64,000 nucleotides of DNA from assembly GCA_022509185.1 (NCBI GenBank), contig JAFLTS010000014.1, forward strand, positions 973 through 64,972. Reading direction: 5' to 3'. This stretch comes from Muribaculaceae bacterium (lineage in GTDB: Bacteria > Bacteroidota > Bacteroidia > Bacteroidales > Muribaculaceae). Made by a program: the position numbers and the translations under genes. Below, piece after piece: positions 19,099 through 29,204 of the stretch. The notes under the pieces were generated by a model. The model was not told where the DNA came from. It made no database searches and worked only from the letters and a program-made list of their open reading frames with translations. Each line of letters starts with the position of its first letter. Positions within the stretch are counted from its first letter, which is position 1.

Positions 19099-20601
19099 AT
19101 GATGAAAGTGAAGTTTCTTATCAGTGTCTTGATCCTAACAGTATTAAGTGCGTTTGGAGAAAATCCGAAACGCGAATTCCGGGGAGCATGGCTACACGTT
19201 ATCGGACAGTCTCAATGGCAGAATAAAACGGTGGAGCAACAAAAAAAATATATAGAACAACAGTTTGATTTGCTCCAACAGGCAGGCTGTAATGCAATTT
19301 TTTTTCAGGTAAGACCAACTGCAGACGCTCTATATATATCTGAGATAGAACCTTGGAGTGCGTGGCTAACCGGTAAAAGAGGGAAAGCTCCCTCCCCATT
19401 GTGGGATCCTATGGAATACGCGATAGAAGAGGCCCACAAGAGAGGAATGGAGTTTCATGCATGGTTAAATCCTTATCGAGTGACATCAAATGCTAAAGAG
19501 ACACTACCTTCGGATCATTTATATAATCAGGAACCCCATAGATTTATTAAATTCAACGGACAGACTTTTTTTGACCCTGCATATCCGGAAAACAGAGATT
19601 ATATTTGCGATATAGTTAAAGATATAGTAATAAGATACGACTTAGACGGCATTCATATAGATGATTATTTCTATCCTTATCCGGCCAACGGTAAGAAATT
19701 CGAAAATGATGATTCGAGTTATAAAAAATTTGGTAATGGAATGGAGAGAAATTCATGGCGCCGAAGAAATGTAGATTTGTTGATTGAAAAATTACATTCC
19801 ACTATAAAAAATGAAAAAGATTGGGTAAGATTTGGCGTAAGCCCTTTTGGTATATGGAGAAATAAGAAAAATGATCCTAACGGAAGTGAGAGTTCCGGGC
19901 TTCAAAATTACGATGATCTATATGCAGATGTACTTTTATGGGCTAAAAACAAGTGGGTGGATTATCTAGCCCCCCAACTTTACTGGACCTTGGATATGAA
20001 AGCAGCTCCAAGCCGCAGTCTGGCAAAATGGTGGAATGACAATGCCAACGGTGTAGATATTTATATCGGACAGGATGTACAACGCACCATGACTAACGCT
20101 GACCCAGGAAACAACGATAAAAATGAATTGGATACCAAGGTGCGTTTATCAAGGAATTTGCCAAATGTAAAGGGTAATGTCTGGTGGCATGGATATTGGG
20201 TCACTGACAATCTGAATGGAGTAGCTGATTCATTAGCCATGAAATATCAGTCTACAATAGCCTTACCTCCAGAGTATGGAAATAAAGATTTAAAACCATC
20301 TAAGGTGAAAAATCTGAAACTGGTAAAAGAAAAAGGACAGATTTTACTAAGATGGGACCATCCTGAGAACAATCAAAAGCCAAAGGGGACTGATGCCGTG
20401 AGATATGTGGTGTATCAATTTTTCCCGGATGAAAAAGTAGATATGGAAGATTCTGAAGCTATTATTGCCTTAACTCCCTATAATGCAGTATTAGTGGAAG
20501 ATGCCACCGAAGGACCCTCGGCTGAAGGTTCCACATTTATTGTGACCTCATTAGACCGGTTTAACCGTGAATCAGAACCTGTGAAGCTTACATGGAAATA
20601 A
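19099..20601 (+). CDS. GHL10 (YddW/DigH-like) glycoside hydrolase
   Basis: REFRGAW, FQVRP, HAWLNPYR, DGIHIDDYFYPY, GVSPFGIW, PQLYW. Confidence 0.88.
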   Translation: MMKVKFLISVLILTVLSAFGENPKREFRGAWLHVIGQSQWQNKTVEQQKKYIEQQFDLLQQAGCNAIFFQVRPTADALYISEIEPWSAWLTGKRGKAPSPLWDPMEYAIEEAHKRGMEFHAWLNPYRVTSNAKETLPSDHLYNQEPHRFIKFNGQTFFDPAYPENRDYICDIVKDIVIRYDLDGIHIDDYFYPYPANGKKFENDDSSYKKFGNGMERNSWRRRNVDLLIEKLHSTIKNEKDWVRFGVSPFGIWRNKKNDPNGSESSGLQNYDDLYADVLLWAKNKWVDYLAPQLYWTLDMKAAPSRSLAKWWNDNANGVDIYIGQDVQRTMTNADPGNNDKNELDTKVRLSRNLPNVKGNVWWHGYWVTDNLNGVADSLAMKYQSTIALPPEYGNKDLKPSKVKNLKLVKEKGQILLRWDHPENNQKPKGTDAVRYVVYQFFPDEKVDMEDSEAIIALTPYNAVLVEDATEGPSAEGSTFIVTSLDRFNRESEPVKLTWK

Positions 20602-21341
20602 AAGAATTATTGGATACCGAAGCAAGACGAATAAATAATACTTCATTTATAGAGAAGGATCCTGTTCAATTTCCCCGGAAATTTGAAATGTTGCAGGATA
20701 TTGAAATCGTGTCCTTTCTATCGGCTATGATAGCCTGGGGAAATCGGAAAATGATCTGTAAGGATATAGAAAAGATGCTCGGTCTAATGGATTATTCTCC
20801 CTATAAATATGTTTTAGACCGAGGTTATGAAGATCTTGATCCGGGATTAAATATTCACCGTACATTTTTCGCTTCACATTTAAGACATTTCCTTCAAGGA
20901 ATGAGAAAAATATATAAGGATTACGGATCTCTTGATGCTTTTTCCATGATTCATAAGATTGGTGAAAGTGAGAGTCCGGCATGGGAACTGGTGAAAAAAA
21001 TAAATCAGATACTTGCGGATGAAAATGGAGAAAGTTGCAGCCGTTGCTTACCATTAAATTTAGACACAACAGCCCTGAAACGAGTAAATATGGCGTTACG
21101 CTGGCTTGTAAGGGATGATGGAATTGTAGATCTTGGAGTCTGGAAATCTATACCAAAGAATAAATTATATATTCCTCTTGATGTTCATGTTGGTAATGTA
21201 TCCCGAGAACTGGGCTTATTGAAAAGGAAATCAAATGACCGAAAGAGTGTAGAAGAACTAACTAAAGAACTTAGAAAGATGAACCCTGATGACCCGGTAG
21301 TGTATGATTATGCTCTGTTCGGTATAGGGATCGGGGAGTAA
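20592..21341 (+). CDS. TIGR02757/DUF2400 family protein
   Basis: DPVQFP, AWGNRK, KRVNMALRWLVR, PLDVHV, DPVVYDYALFG. Confidence 0.88.
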   Translation: MEIKELLDTEARRINNTSFIEKDPVQFPRKFEMLQDIEIVSFLSAMIAWGNRKMICKDIEKMLGLMDYSPYKYVLDRGYEDLDPGLNIHRTFFASHLRHFLQGMRKIYKDYGSLDAFSMIHKIGESESPAWELVKKINQILADENGESCSRCLPLNLDTTALKRVNMALRWLVRDDGIVDLGVWKSIPKNKLYIPLDVHVGNVSRELGLLKRKSNDRKSVEELTKELRKMNPDDPVVYDYALFGIGIGE

Positions 21342-21357
21342 TAAATCTAAAAGAAGT

Positions 21358-21675
21358 TTATTGGATTATTTTTTTCGCCAGATCGGGATTAACTGTCCTG
21401 ATAGTGGATACAAAACTTGAATCGAAAGCCTCGGCACAATGGCCTTTCCCTTCAATAAGATATTTACTTTGTTTTGCCTTGGCTTCTAAAAGGGCTCTCT
21501 GTAATTGCAGAGTGTCCTTCCAATGGGGACCCAGGATTCTTCCTGCTTCTCTTCTTCCTTCCATCTGAGCTGCAGTAATTTCAGCTGTTATAGCTTCTGT
21601 CTTCTCTGTCTGCGCACAATTAGAAAGAAAAAAAGTAGCAAAAAATATGGCTGAAATGATTGTAAAACTTTTCAT
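21358..21675 (-). CDS. Hypothetical lipoprotein
   Basis: ATG 21675 MKSFTII...FLSNC lipobox-like; co-oriented with the FKBP gene. Confidence 0.6.
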   Translation of the reverse strand: MKSFTIISAIFFATFFLSNCAQTEKTEAITAEITAAQMEGRREAGRILGPHWKDTLQLQRALLEAKAKQSKYLIEGKGHCAEAFDSSFVSTIRTVNPDLAKKIIQ

Positions 21676-21717
21676 TCCGGACTTTAAGAATTTCAAGCCG
21701 CTAAGATTCACTTGGCA

Positions 21718-22236
21718 TTACATTAATTTACTGATACTGTCTAATCGGATTCCGAAAATAAGGGTAGAATAAGGAAGAACAGAACTATATCCGGTGACTC
21801 CATATCCGGCTGTGTAAGGAAGAATGGCAGTAACAGTGTCGTTTACGTGCATATTCATTATTGCTGCCATAAATCCTGTGACCATGCTATTAGGAACACA
21901 TTTGAAAGAAGCTGAACTATCCAGCCTTTCACCTTCAATATTAGTGAGGGTGTATTTTACATAACATGTAGAGTTGGAAAGAGGACTTAGCTGATTCGCT
22001 GTCTCTTCTCTGTTGTTATGCCATCTCATTAATATAGAAAAAGAATTGTCCCATACAGGAGTCAGACTTTGGTAAATTAAAACACCATCAATCTGTTCAG
22101 TTTCCTTTGTATTAAAAAATTGTTGATTAAGTTCCCTCCATTGAGAATAATCATCAGATTTATTATCCTTGAAACAAGAAGGAAGAACTAATATTACAAC
22201 AATAATCAGTAAAGGAAATATTCTTTTCAAGCGCAT
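21718..22236 (-). CDS. FKBP-type peptidyl-prolyl isomerase lipoprotein
   Basis: LPSC lipobox; VKY.L, GF..A..NM.V, PY..GYG, PYSTLIF. Confidence 0.85.
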   Translation of the reverse strand: MRLKRIFPLLIIVVILVLPSCFKDNKSDDYSQWRELNQQFFNTKETEQIDGVLIYQSLTPVWDNSFSILMRWHNNREETANQLSPLSNSTCYVKYTLTNIEGERLDSSASFKCVPNSMVTGFMAAIMNMHVNDTVTAILPYTAGYGVTGYSSVLPYSTLIFGIRLDSISKLM

Positions 22237-22245
22237 AATAAATAA

Positions 22246-22824
22246 TTAAAAAGAAACTTCAGGAGCTCTTTGGGCGCCCTCTTCAGCTTTGAATTGAGGT
22301 TTAGCATCAAAACCGAACCACCCTGCATAGATAGTGGTAGGAAATTTTTTAATAGCAGTGTTATAATCTTTCACTGCCTCTGTGTATCTCATTCGGGCTG
22401 TAGTTATTCTGTTTTCCGTGCCTTCCAACTGGGTTTGAAGATTCATAAAATTTTCATTAGCCTTCAAATCCGGATAAGCCTCAGTAACCGCCAACAGAGA
22501 TTTTAAGGCTTGAGAAAGTTCATTCTGCGCAGCCTGGAATTTAGCAAGATTTTCTTCAGTGAGATTATCTGCGTCTATAGTGATAGAAGTGGCTTTAGCC
22601 CTTGCCAAAGTTACCTTTTCAAAAGTTTCACTTTCATGAGTAGAGTATCCTTTGACTGTGTTTACAAGATTAGGAATTAAATCAGCACGCCGTTGATACT
22701 GATTTTCCACTTGAGCCCAAGTTTGTTCAACATTCTGCTGTTTTTCCACTAAAGAATTGTAATTGCATGAGGTTAATGGGATAACTGCAAGAATAATGAG
22801 AAAATATTTTAAGAAACTTTTCAT
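22246..22824 (-). CDS. lemA: LemA family protein
   Basis: YQRRADLIPNLV, EAYPDLKANENF, QLEGTENRI; probable ATG at 22824. Confidence 0.92.
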   Translation of the reverse strand: MKSFLKYFLIILAVIPLTSCNYNSLVEKQQNVEQTWAQVENQYQRRADLIPNLVNTVKGYSTHESETFEKVTLARAKATSITIDADNLTEENLAKFQAAQNELSQALKSLLAVTEAYPDLKANENFMNLQTQLEGTENRITTARMRYTEAVKDYNTAIKKFPTTIYAGWFGFDAKPQFKAEEGAQRAPEVSF

Positions 22825-22873
22825 TTTAGTAATAAGAATATAAATAAAGTCAATAAAGCTTTTTCCCAACTTT

Positions 22874-24418
22874 TCAGACGAGTTTTCTCAATAAGGAATT
22901 GATACTGACTTTTTCAGAGAGAATTTTTTCAAGGTCGTCTATGTTTACTCTCTCTTGTTCCATAGAGTCACGATGTCTCAAAGTAACCGTATTGTCTTCG
23001 AGTGACTGATGGTCAACAGTGATACAATAAGGAGTACCAATTGCATCCTGTCTACGATAACGTTTACCTATAGAATCTTTTTCGTCGATCTGACAAGTGA
23101 AATCGAAACGTAGCTTTTGTTGAATTTCCTTAGCTTTTTCAGGTAGGCCGTCCTTTTTAACTAAAGGAAGAACAGCACATTTCACAGGAGCCAGAGGCGC
23201 AGGAAAATGCAAGACAACTCGTTTATCACCTCCTTCAAGCTGTTGTTCTTCATAGCAGCTACAGAAAACAGATAGGAACATGCGGTCTACCCCGATAGAA
23301 GTTTCGATTACATAAGGAGTGTAACTTTCATTTAGTTCGGGATCGAAATACTGAATTTTCTTTCCTGAGAATTTTTCATGCTGTCCGAGGTCGAAATTTG
23401 TGCGGGAATGAATACCTTCGACTTCTTTAAATCCAAACGGCATAAGGAATTCAATATCAGTGGCTGCATTTGCATAATGGGCGAGTTTGTCATGATCATG
23501 GAAACGATATTTATCATCTCCAAGACCTAAAGCTTTGTGCCATTTGAGCCTGTTTTGTCTCCAAGTATCAAACCATTTCAATTCCTCCCCGGGACGAACA
23601 AAAAACTGCATTTCCATCTGTTCAAATTCCCTCATCCGGAAAATGAACTGACGAGCCACTATTTCATTTCGGAAAGCTTTTCCAATCTGCGCAATACCGA
23701 ATGGAATACGCATCCTTCCGGTTTTTTGCACATTAAGATAATTAACAAAAATACCCTGAGCTGTCTCGGGCCGTAAATATACCTCCATAGCCCCATCAGC
23801 CGTTGATCCCATTTCTGTTTTGAACATAAGATTGAACTGGCGTACATCAGTCCAGTTTCTGGTTCCGGAAATAGGGTCGACTATTTCATAATCGAGAATA
23901 ATTTGCCGGAGTTCATTGAGATCATTATCATTCATGGCCTTTGCAAACCGATCATGCAGTTCATCACGTTTGCGTGTTATTTCGAGAACTCTAGGGTTAG
24001 TCTGCCGGAAAAGTGTTTCATCGAAGTTGTCGCCGAAACGTTTTGCCGCCTTAGAAACTTCCTTATCAGCCTTTTCATCAAATTTAGCCAGTTCCTCTTC
24101 TATAAGCACGTCGGCCCTATATCTTTTTTTAGAGTCTTTATTGTCTATTAAGGGGTCGTTAAAAGCATCCACATGTCCGGAAGCTTTCCAAATTGTGGGA
24201 TGCATGAAAATGGCAGAATCGATACCAACGATATTGTCATGAAGCATAGTCATAGCTTCCCACCAATATCTTTTGATGTTGTTTTTTAGCTCAACACCAT
24301 TCTGACCATAATCATAGACTGCGGATAAACCATCGTAAATTTCACTACTTTGGAAAACGAAGCCATATTCCTTGGCATGTGCCACAATTGTTTTGAAAAG
24401 ATCTTCCTGCTTAGCCAT
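22874..24418 (-). CDS. glyQS: Glycine--tRNA ligase (homodimeric type)
   Basis: YDYGQNG, LRPETAQG, GKAFRNE, FRMREFEQME, IGKRYRRQD. Confidence 0.96.
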   Translation of the reverse strand: MAKQEDLFKTIVAHAKEYGFVFQSSEIYDGLSAVYDYGQNGVELKNNIKRYWWEAMTMLHDNIVGIDSAIFMHPTIWKASGHVDAFNDPLIDNKDSKKRYRADVLIEEELAKFDEKADKEVSKAAKRFGDNFDETLFRQTNPRVLEITRKRDELHDRFAKAMNDNDLNELRQIILDYEIVDPISGTRNWTDVRQFNLMFKTEMGSTADGAMEVYLRPETAQGIFVNYLNVQKTGRMRIPFGIAQIGKAFRNEIVARQFIFRMREFEQMEMQFFVRPGEELKWFDTWRQNRLKWHKALGLGDDKYRFHDHDKLAHYANAATDIEFLMPFGFKEVEGIHSRTNFDLGQHEKFSGKKIQYFDPELNESYTPYVIETSIGVDRMFLSVFCSCYEEQQLEGGDKRVVLHFPAPLAPVKCAVLPLVKKDGLPEKAKEIQQKLRFDFTCQIDEKDSIGKRYRRQDAIGTPYCITVDHQSLEDNTVTLRHRDSMEQERVNIDDLEKILSEKVSINSLLRKLV

Positions 24419-24440
24419 AAAAATTTTATTATCTATTTTG

Positions 24441-24448
24441 CAAAGTTA
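24441..24448 (-). promoter_or_regulatory. -7 element TAACTTTG for glyQS
   Basis: CAAAGTTA on + strand. Confidence 0.6.
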
Positions 24449-24494
24449 CAAAAACTTTTGGAAAACTATAAGCAGATACTTATAGAGCCTCTTT

Positions 24495-26909
24495 TCAAAA
24501 TTCAGCTGAAAGATTTATGTTAATCTGCCTTCTTGTGAGATAATTGGGGACAGCATATTGAAGATTATTAACGTCTGTGACCCAATAATAACTGCTTACA
24601 TTTGAAATATCAAACAGGTTGAAAAGATCGAGACCTACGCTGAGTCGTTTAAAATGACGCCAGAAATTTCGTTCTTTAACTCCGTCTTTGGGTTCTCCTA
24701 TAATCAGATAAGAAACACCGATATCCACTCGCTTATAAGAGGGGGCACGGAAATAAGCCTGATCTCGGGTTATCCTTGGAGGAGTCAGTGTTAAACCATC
24801 AGAGAAGATTCCACGCAGACTGAAACGAAGTCGGGGAAATTTAGGGAAATAATCGGTGAAATATAAACCGAACGCATATCTTTGATCGCTTGGCAGAGGC
24901 ACTTTTTTTCCGTTAAGATCCTGCTGTGTCTTCATTAAAGCAACTGAGATCCAAGAATCAGAACCCGGAACAAACTGACCGAATAATTTAAAATCCAATC
25001 CCATCACATAGCCCTTGGAATCATTTTTTCCGGAGTAGTTTACCTTGAGATTGTCATATTCATATGAAATAAAATTATGCAGGTTCTTATAATACGCTTC
25101 AGCCGTAATTTTAAATGGACGGTTCATGGCTCTGAAGGTATAGTCTGTGCCTAACACCACCTGTATGCTACGAGGTGACTTAATATTACTGTTCAAAATA
25201 ACATAACCGTTACCTAAGTCATCCATTACCGTTTCACGATATTCTTTGTAGAAAGGTGATTGGTAATAAACACCACCGGCTATTCGGAAAGTCCATCCTG
25301 TATGTTCAACCGGAGTAAAACTGAAATTTACACGAGGAGATATTAGAAATTCTTTATTAAAATCCCAATATGAAAATCGTAAACCCGCATTAATAGTGAT
25401 AAAGGCTTTAGAAGTTTCCAAGTAAATGGCATCTTCAGCAAAAGCTGCAAAACGATTTGCGGCTACGTCTTGTTTAGAAGTGAGGTTGTAGATAAGATGC
25501 ACTCCGGGAGGTTGCGTAGGAAGTGAATAACCTGCACTGTCTCTCCATTCCCATTCCTTAGTACGATCTCTGAAATTTTCATGAGAATAATTAACACCAT
25601 AAGTGAGGTGATTTCGGCCGATCACAGTCTGTCCTGATAATGCGGCAGTCAACACGGATGCTTTAAGACGATTTCGCGAGTGTTCCATATATTTGCCTAC
25701 ACCGAGCTCTCCTCCGACACCTTCCTCGCCTCCGGTGCCTGCTTCATCCAGCCAGTATTCACCTGATACATCGTAACTTACAAATTCATTTGTAAGAAAT
25801 CCGGATAAAGCCAGTGTGAAAGTGGTAGATCTGTTCTTCTTATATTCAAAAGCCAGGGAACCAAGGTAGGTTTCAAATTTATCTTTCTCTTCGCCATCAA
25901 AATAGACTTTGAATTGTTTTGCGTCTTCGGCCGTACCAAAAGTCGTTTCCCTGTCAGTAGGTTTAAAGCCAAAATGATTAAGAGAGATATTACCCAGGAA
26001 ATTTACTTTAAATTTATCTGTGGCTTTCAGAATCATATGGGTCTGATAATCGAAATATGTGGGATCGTATTCTCCTCTTGTTTCTTGGGTGGAAAGGAGA
26101 GAATTGTTTCTTCTGAACCTAACTCCGTGTAATTGAGAAAATTTCCCGGTATTAGAACCGATTGCCAGACTACCTCCCATGAGGCTGAGAGTGACCCCTG
26201 CTTCAAAAGCTTCGGGTTCTCTATAAGTTATATCCAAGGCGGAAGACATTTTGTCGGCGTATCTAGCGGGGAATCCACCGCTTGAAAATTTTACATTCCC
26301 CACTAAATCGGGATTAATTATACTAAGACCTTCCTGTTGACCGCTTCTAACTAACTGCGGCCTATATATTTCAACACCATTTATATAAACAGAATTTTCA
26401 TCGAATGAACCGCCCCTCACGGAATATTGGGAACTAAGTTCATTGGAAGAATTTACACCGGGCATTGTTGTGAGCATAGCTTCCACACTTCCGCCGCTAA
26501 CATCAGGAGAACCTCTAAATGAATCCATATCGAGGGTCTGCATTCCATTGATATTGCTTCTAAATCCTGTCACCTCCACCTCAGACAACTGAACGTCATC
26601 AGGCATCATCTTCACGTTCAGCGTAACATCTGCTTGAGGATCAATCAAATTACGATTAATGGTTTTAAAACCCACGCAACTGAAAATCACTTGAATCGTG
26701 TCTTGTTTGGCCACGGTCAAAGAATATTCCCCTTTTAAATCAGTATTGGTGCCTATTGCGGTGCCTCCAATTCTGACAGTAACGAATTCCAAAGGTTTGT
26801 CTTCATTATCTCTGACACGCCCTGAAATTTTCACATTTTCTGCCAGGGTTTGCAATCCACATAAGACAATAAACAATATGGGCAATATATATTGAATGAT
26901 CTTCATCAA
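24495..26909 (-). CDS. TonB-dependent receptor-like OM protein with N-terminal carboxypeptidase-regulatory-like domain
   Basis: Signal peptide; GTNTDLKGEY; plug YSVRGGSFDEN.VYING; C-terminal AEF; no SusD partner. Confidence 0.85.
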   Translation of the reverse strand: MMKIIQYILPILFIVLCGLQTLAENVKISGRVRDNEDKPLEFVTVRIGGTAIGTNTDLKGEYSLTVAKQDTIQVIFSCVGFKTINRNLIDPQADVTLNVKMMPDDVQLSEVEVTGFRSNINGMQTLDMDSFRGSPDVSGGSVEAMLTTMPGVNSSNELSSQYSVRGGSFDENSVYINGVEIYRPQLVRSGQQEGLSIINPDLVGNVKFSSGGFPARYADKMSSALDITYREPEAFEAGVTLSLMGGSLAIGSNTGKFSQLHGVRFRRNNSLLSTQETRGEYDPTYFDYQTHMILKATDKFKVNFLGNISLNHFGFKPTDRETTFGTAEDAKQFKVYFDGEEKDKFETYLGSLAFEYKKNRSTTFTLALSGFLTNEFVSYDVSGEYWLDEAGTGGEEGVGGELGVGKYMEHSRNRLKASVLTAALSGQTVIGRNHLTYGVNYSHENFRDRTKEWEWRDSAGYSLPTQPPGVHLIYNLTSKQDVAANRFAAFAEDAIYLETSKAFITINAGLRFSYWDFNKEFLISPRVNFSFTPVEHTGWTFRIAGGVYYQSPFYKEYRETVMDDLGNGYVILNSNIKSPRSIQVVLGTDYTFRAMNRPFKITAEAYYKNLHNFISYEYDNLKVNYSGKNDSKGYVMGLDFKLFGQFVPGSDSWISVALMKTQQDLNGKKVPLPSDQRYAFGLYFTDYFPKFPRLRFSLRGIFSDGLTLTPPRITRDQAYFRAPSYKRVDIGVSYLIIGEPKDGVKERNFWRHFKRLSVGLDLFNLFDISNVSSYYWVTDVNNLQYAVPNYLTRRQININLSAEF

Positions 26910-27023
26910 TAGGAAAACGGCCGAAATTGCTGACTTATTATAAGAATCAGTTCCTAATTTTTCGGAACTGATGTTTCCAAAATATGTCAGTATCTTAGGG
27001 TTGAAATATTTAGAAGGAGGAAT

Positions 27024-27062
27024 AAAAATTTACCCCGATGGTTTAAAAACCACGGGGTAAAA
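27024..27062 (-). terminator. Terminator after rpmA
   Basis: TTTACCCCG..CGGGGTAAA stem with A-tract. Confidence 0.7.
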
Positions 27063-27088
27063 CAATTATTTTCAGTTTAATTCAGTAT

Positions 27089-27349
27089 TCAATTTGCATG
27101 CGGCTGCACATTGACATATTTTCTTCCTTCTTTACCAGTGGAGAAAACCACCACACCATCAATAAGAGCAAAAAGAGTATGATCTTTACCCATACCAACA
27201 TTCTGACCAGGATGATGCACAGTGCCTCTTTGACGTTTGATGATATTACCGGCACGGCAGTTAGACCCACCGAAGATTTTCACACCAAGACGTTTACTTT
27301 CTGATTCGCGGCCGTTCTTAGAACTACCTACACCTTTTTTATGTGCCAT
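27089..27349 (-). CDS. rpmA: 50S ribosomal protein bL27
   Basis: [22 protein letters not shown]. Confidence 0.98.
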   Translation of the reverse strand: MAHKKGVGSSKNGRESESKRLGVKIFGGSNCRAGNIIKRQRGTVHHPGQNVGMGKDHTLFALIDGVVVFSTGKEGRKYVNVQPHAN

Positions 27350-27368
27350 ATCTGATGAGTTTTAACTA

Positions 27369-27689
27369 TTACTTAACGATAGATTTAACTAATACTTTGG
27401 AGAATTGCTGACGATGACCGTTTTTACGACGATAACCTTTACGACGTTTCTTTTTGAAGACAATTACTTTATTGCCTTTTACTAAAGGGAGAAGCACTTC
27501 ACATGTGATCTTAGCGCCTTCCACGTTAGGAACTCCTACAGTAACATCGCCATCTGCATCGATGAGCAAAACTTTGTCAAAATCTACAGAGTCGCCTTCT
27601 TTGACGTCATCACCGAGATGATTGACATAAAGGAATTTACCTTCTTCAGCTTTGAATTGCTGACCTTTAATTTCTACAATTGCGTACAT
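27369..27689 (-). CDS. rplU: 50S ribosomal protein bL21
   Basis: [12 protein letters not shown]...[16 protein letters not shown]; true ATG at 27689. Confidence 0.97.
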   Translation of the reverse strand: MYAIVEIKGQQFKAEEGKFLYVNHLGDDVKEGDSVDFDKVLLIDADGDVTVGVPNVEGAKITCEVLLPLVKGNKVIVFKKKRRKGYRRKNGHRQQFSKVLVKSIVK

Positions 27690-27771
27690 TAATATAAAAT
27701 GATTTTCAATCATTTCCGTTGGGCGGAAGGCATCTTGCCCTCTCTTTTTCGGCCTTGGCGGATTTCGCGAC

Positions 27772-27803
27772 TGCAAAATTACACTTTTTTTCTTAATTTT
27801 GCA
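27772..27803. promoter_or_regulatory. Back-to-back -7 elements for rplU and hisS
   Basis: TGCAAAATTA-N12-TAATTTTGCA inverted repeat = two divergent TAATTTTG boxes. Confidence 0.7.
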
Positions 27804-27826
27804 ATATTAAATCAATCTTAGAAAAA

Positions 27827-29188
27827 TTGGCAACAAAACCGTCTATACCAAAGGGCACCAGGGATTTCGGCCCACTTGAAACTGCACGAAGGAATTATAT
27901 CTTCGATACGATCCGAAAAGCATTCCGACTCTTCGGCTATACACCCATAGAGACTCCAGCAATGGAAAATCTTACCACACTAATGGGTAAATATGGAGAA
28001 GAAGGTGACAAACTACTTTTCCGCATACTAAACTCAGGCGACTATTTAAAGGATGCTCCTGATGATATAATAATGTCGAAAGATTCGTTAGCCTTAAGCG
28101 GGAAAATAAGTGAGAAAGGATTAAGATATGATCTTACAGTGCCTTTTGCCAGATTTGTGGTGCAAAATAAGAATGATATCCAGCTTCCTTTCAAGCGTTT
28201 TCAGATACAACCGGTATGGCGTGCCGATCGCCCTCAAAAGGGACGTTACCGCGAGTTTTATCAGTGTGACGCCGATGTTGTAGGAAGTGATTCACTTTGG
28301 AATGAAGTAGAACTTCTTCAACTGATTGATGAAGTCTTCCGGAATTTAAAAGTAAGGGTGGCAATTAAGCTTAACAATCGTAAAATCCTGTCGGGTATTG
28401 CAGAATTGATAGGAGAAAGAGAACGCATAGTGGATATCACGGTTGCTATTGATAAGATAGATAAAATCGGATTGGAAAAAGTTTGTGAAGAACTGGAGTT
28501 TAAGGGAATACCTAAAGCTTCCATAGAAAAACTTTTACCGTTCTTACAGCTTTCCGGCGACAATTCTGAAAAACTTGATGCTTTGAGTAAGATTCTGAAA
28601 GATTCTGAAGAAGGGAGCAAGGGTGTGGAAGAGTTGAAATGGGTTGTAGAAAATTTTGATTCACTGGGCCATTACTGTGGATTGGATGTTGATGTTTCTC
28701 TTGCCAGGGGATTAAATTATTACACGGGTATAATAATAGAGGTAAAGGCTCTTGATGTTGAGATAGGGAGCATAACCGGAGGAGGGCGATATGATAATCT
28801 TACCGGTGTATTCGGTATGCCTGGACTTTCAGGAGTAGGAATTTCTTTTGGAGCAGACAGAATATATGATGTATTAAATAGCCTGGAATTATATCCGGAA
28901 TCAGTTACCGAAAGTATTAAAGTTTTATTCCTGAATTTCGGAGAGAAGGAAGCTATGGCATCTATGCAAATAGTGAAAGAATTGAGGAAAAAAGGAATAT
29001 CATCGGAATTATATCCCGACTCTGTGAAATTGAAGAAGCAAATGAGTTATGCCGATTCAATTAAGGCTCCTTATGTTGTCATGATAGGAGAAACGGAACT
29101 AGAAGAAGGGATTGTAGTTTTGAAAGATATGTTTTCAGGAGAACAATTCAAGGTATCAAGTAGTGATATTGAAAAACATATAAAATAG
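27827..29188 (+). CDS. hisS: Histidine--tRNA ligase
   Basis: [38 protein letters not shown]; TTG start. Confidence 0.97.
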   Translation: MATKPSIPKGTRDFGPLETARRNYIFDTIRKAFRLFGYTPIETPAMENLTTLMGKYGEEGDKLLFRILNSGDYLKDAPDDIIMSKDSLALSGKISEKGLRYDLTVPFARFVVQNKNDIQLPFKRFQIQPVWRADRPQKGRYREFYQCDADVVGSDSLWNEVELLQLIDEVFRNLKVRVAIKLNNRKILSGIAELIGERERIVDITVAIDKIDKIGLEKVCEELEFKGIPKASIEKLLPFLQLSGDNSEKLDALSKILKDSEEGSKGVEELKWVVENFDSLGHYCGLDVDVSLARGLNYYTGIIIEVKALDVEIGSITGGGRYDNLTGVFGMPGLSGVGISFGADRIYDVLNSLELYPESVTESIKVLFLNFGEKEAMASMQIVKELRKKGISSELYPDSVKLKKQMSYADSIKAPYVVMIGETELEEGIVVLKDMFSGEQFKVSSSDIEKHIK

Positions 29189-29204
29189 AAGAGGAAGGTC
29201 ATTA

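Noticed and set aside
27690-27776. N-terminal extension of bL21 given by the ORF track
   Set aside because: Canonical start MYAIV is at 27689; the extension is 5'UTR and overlaps the promoter
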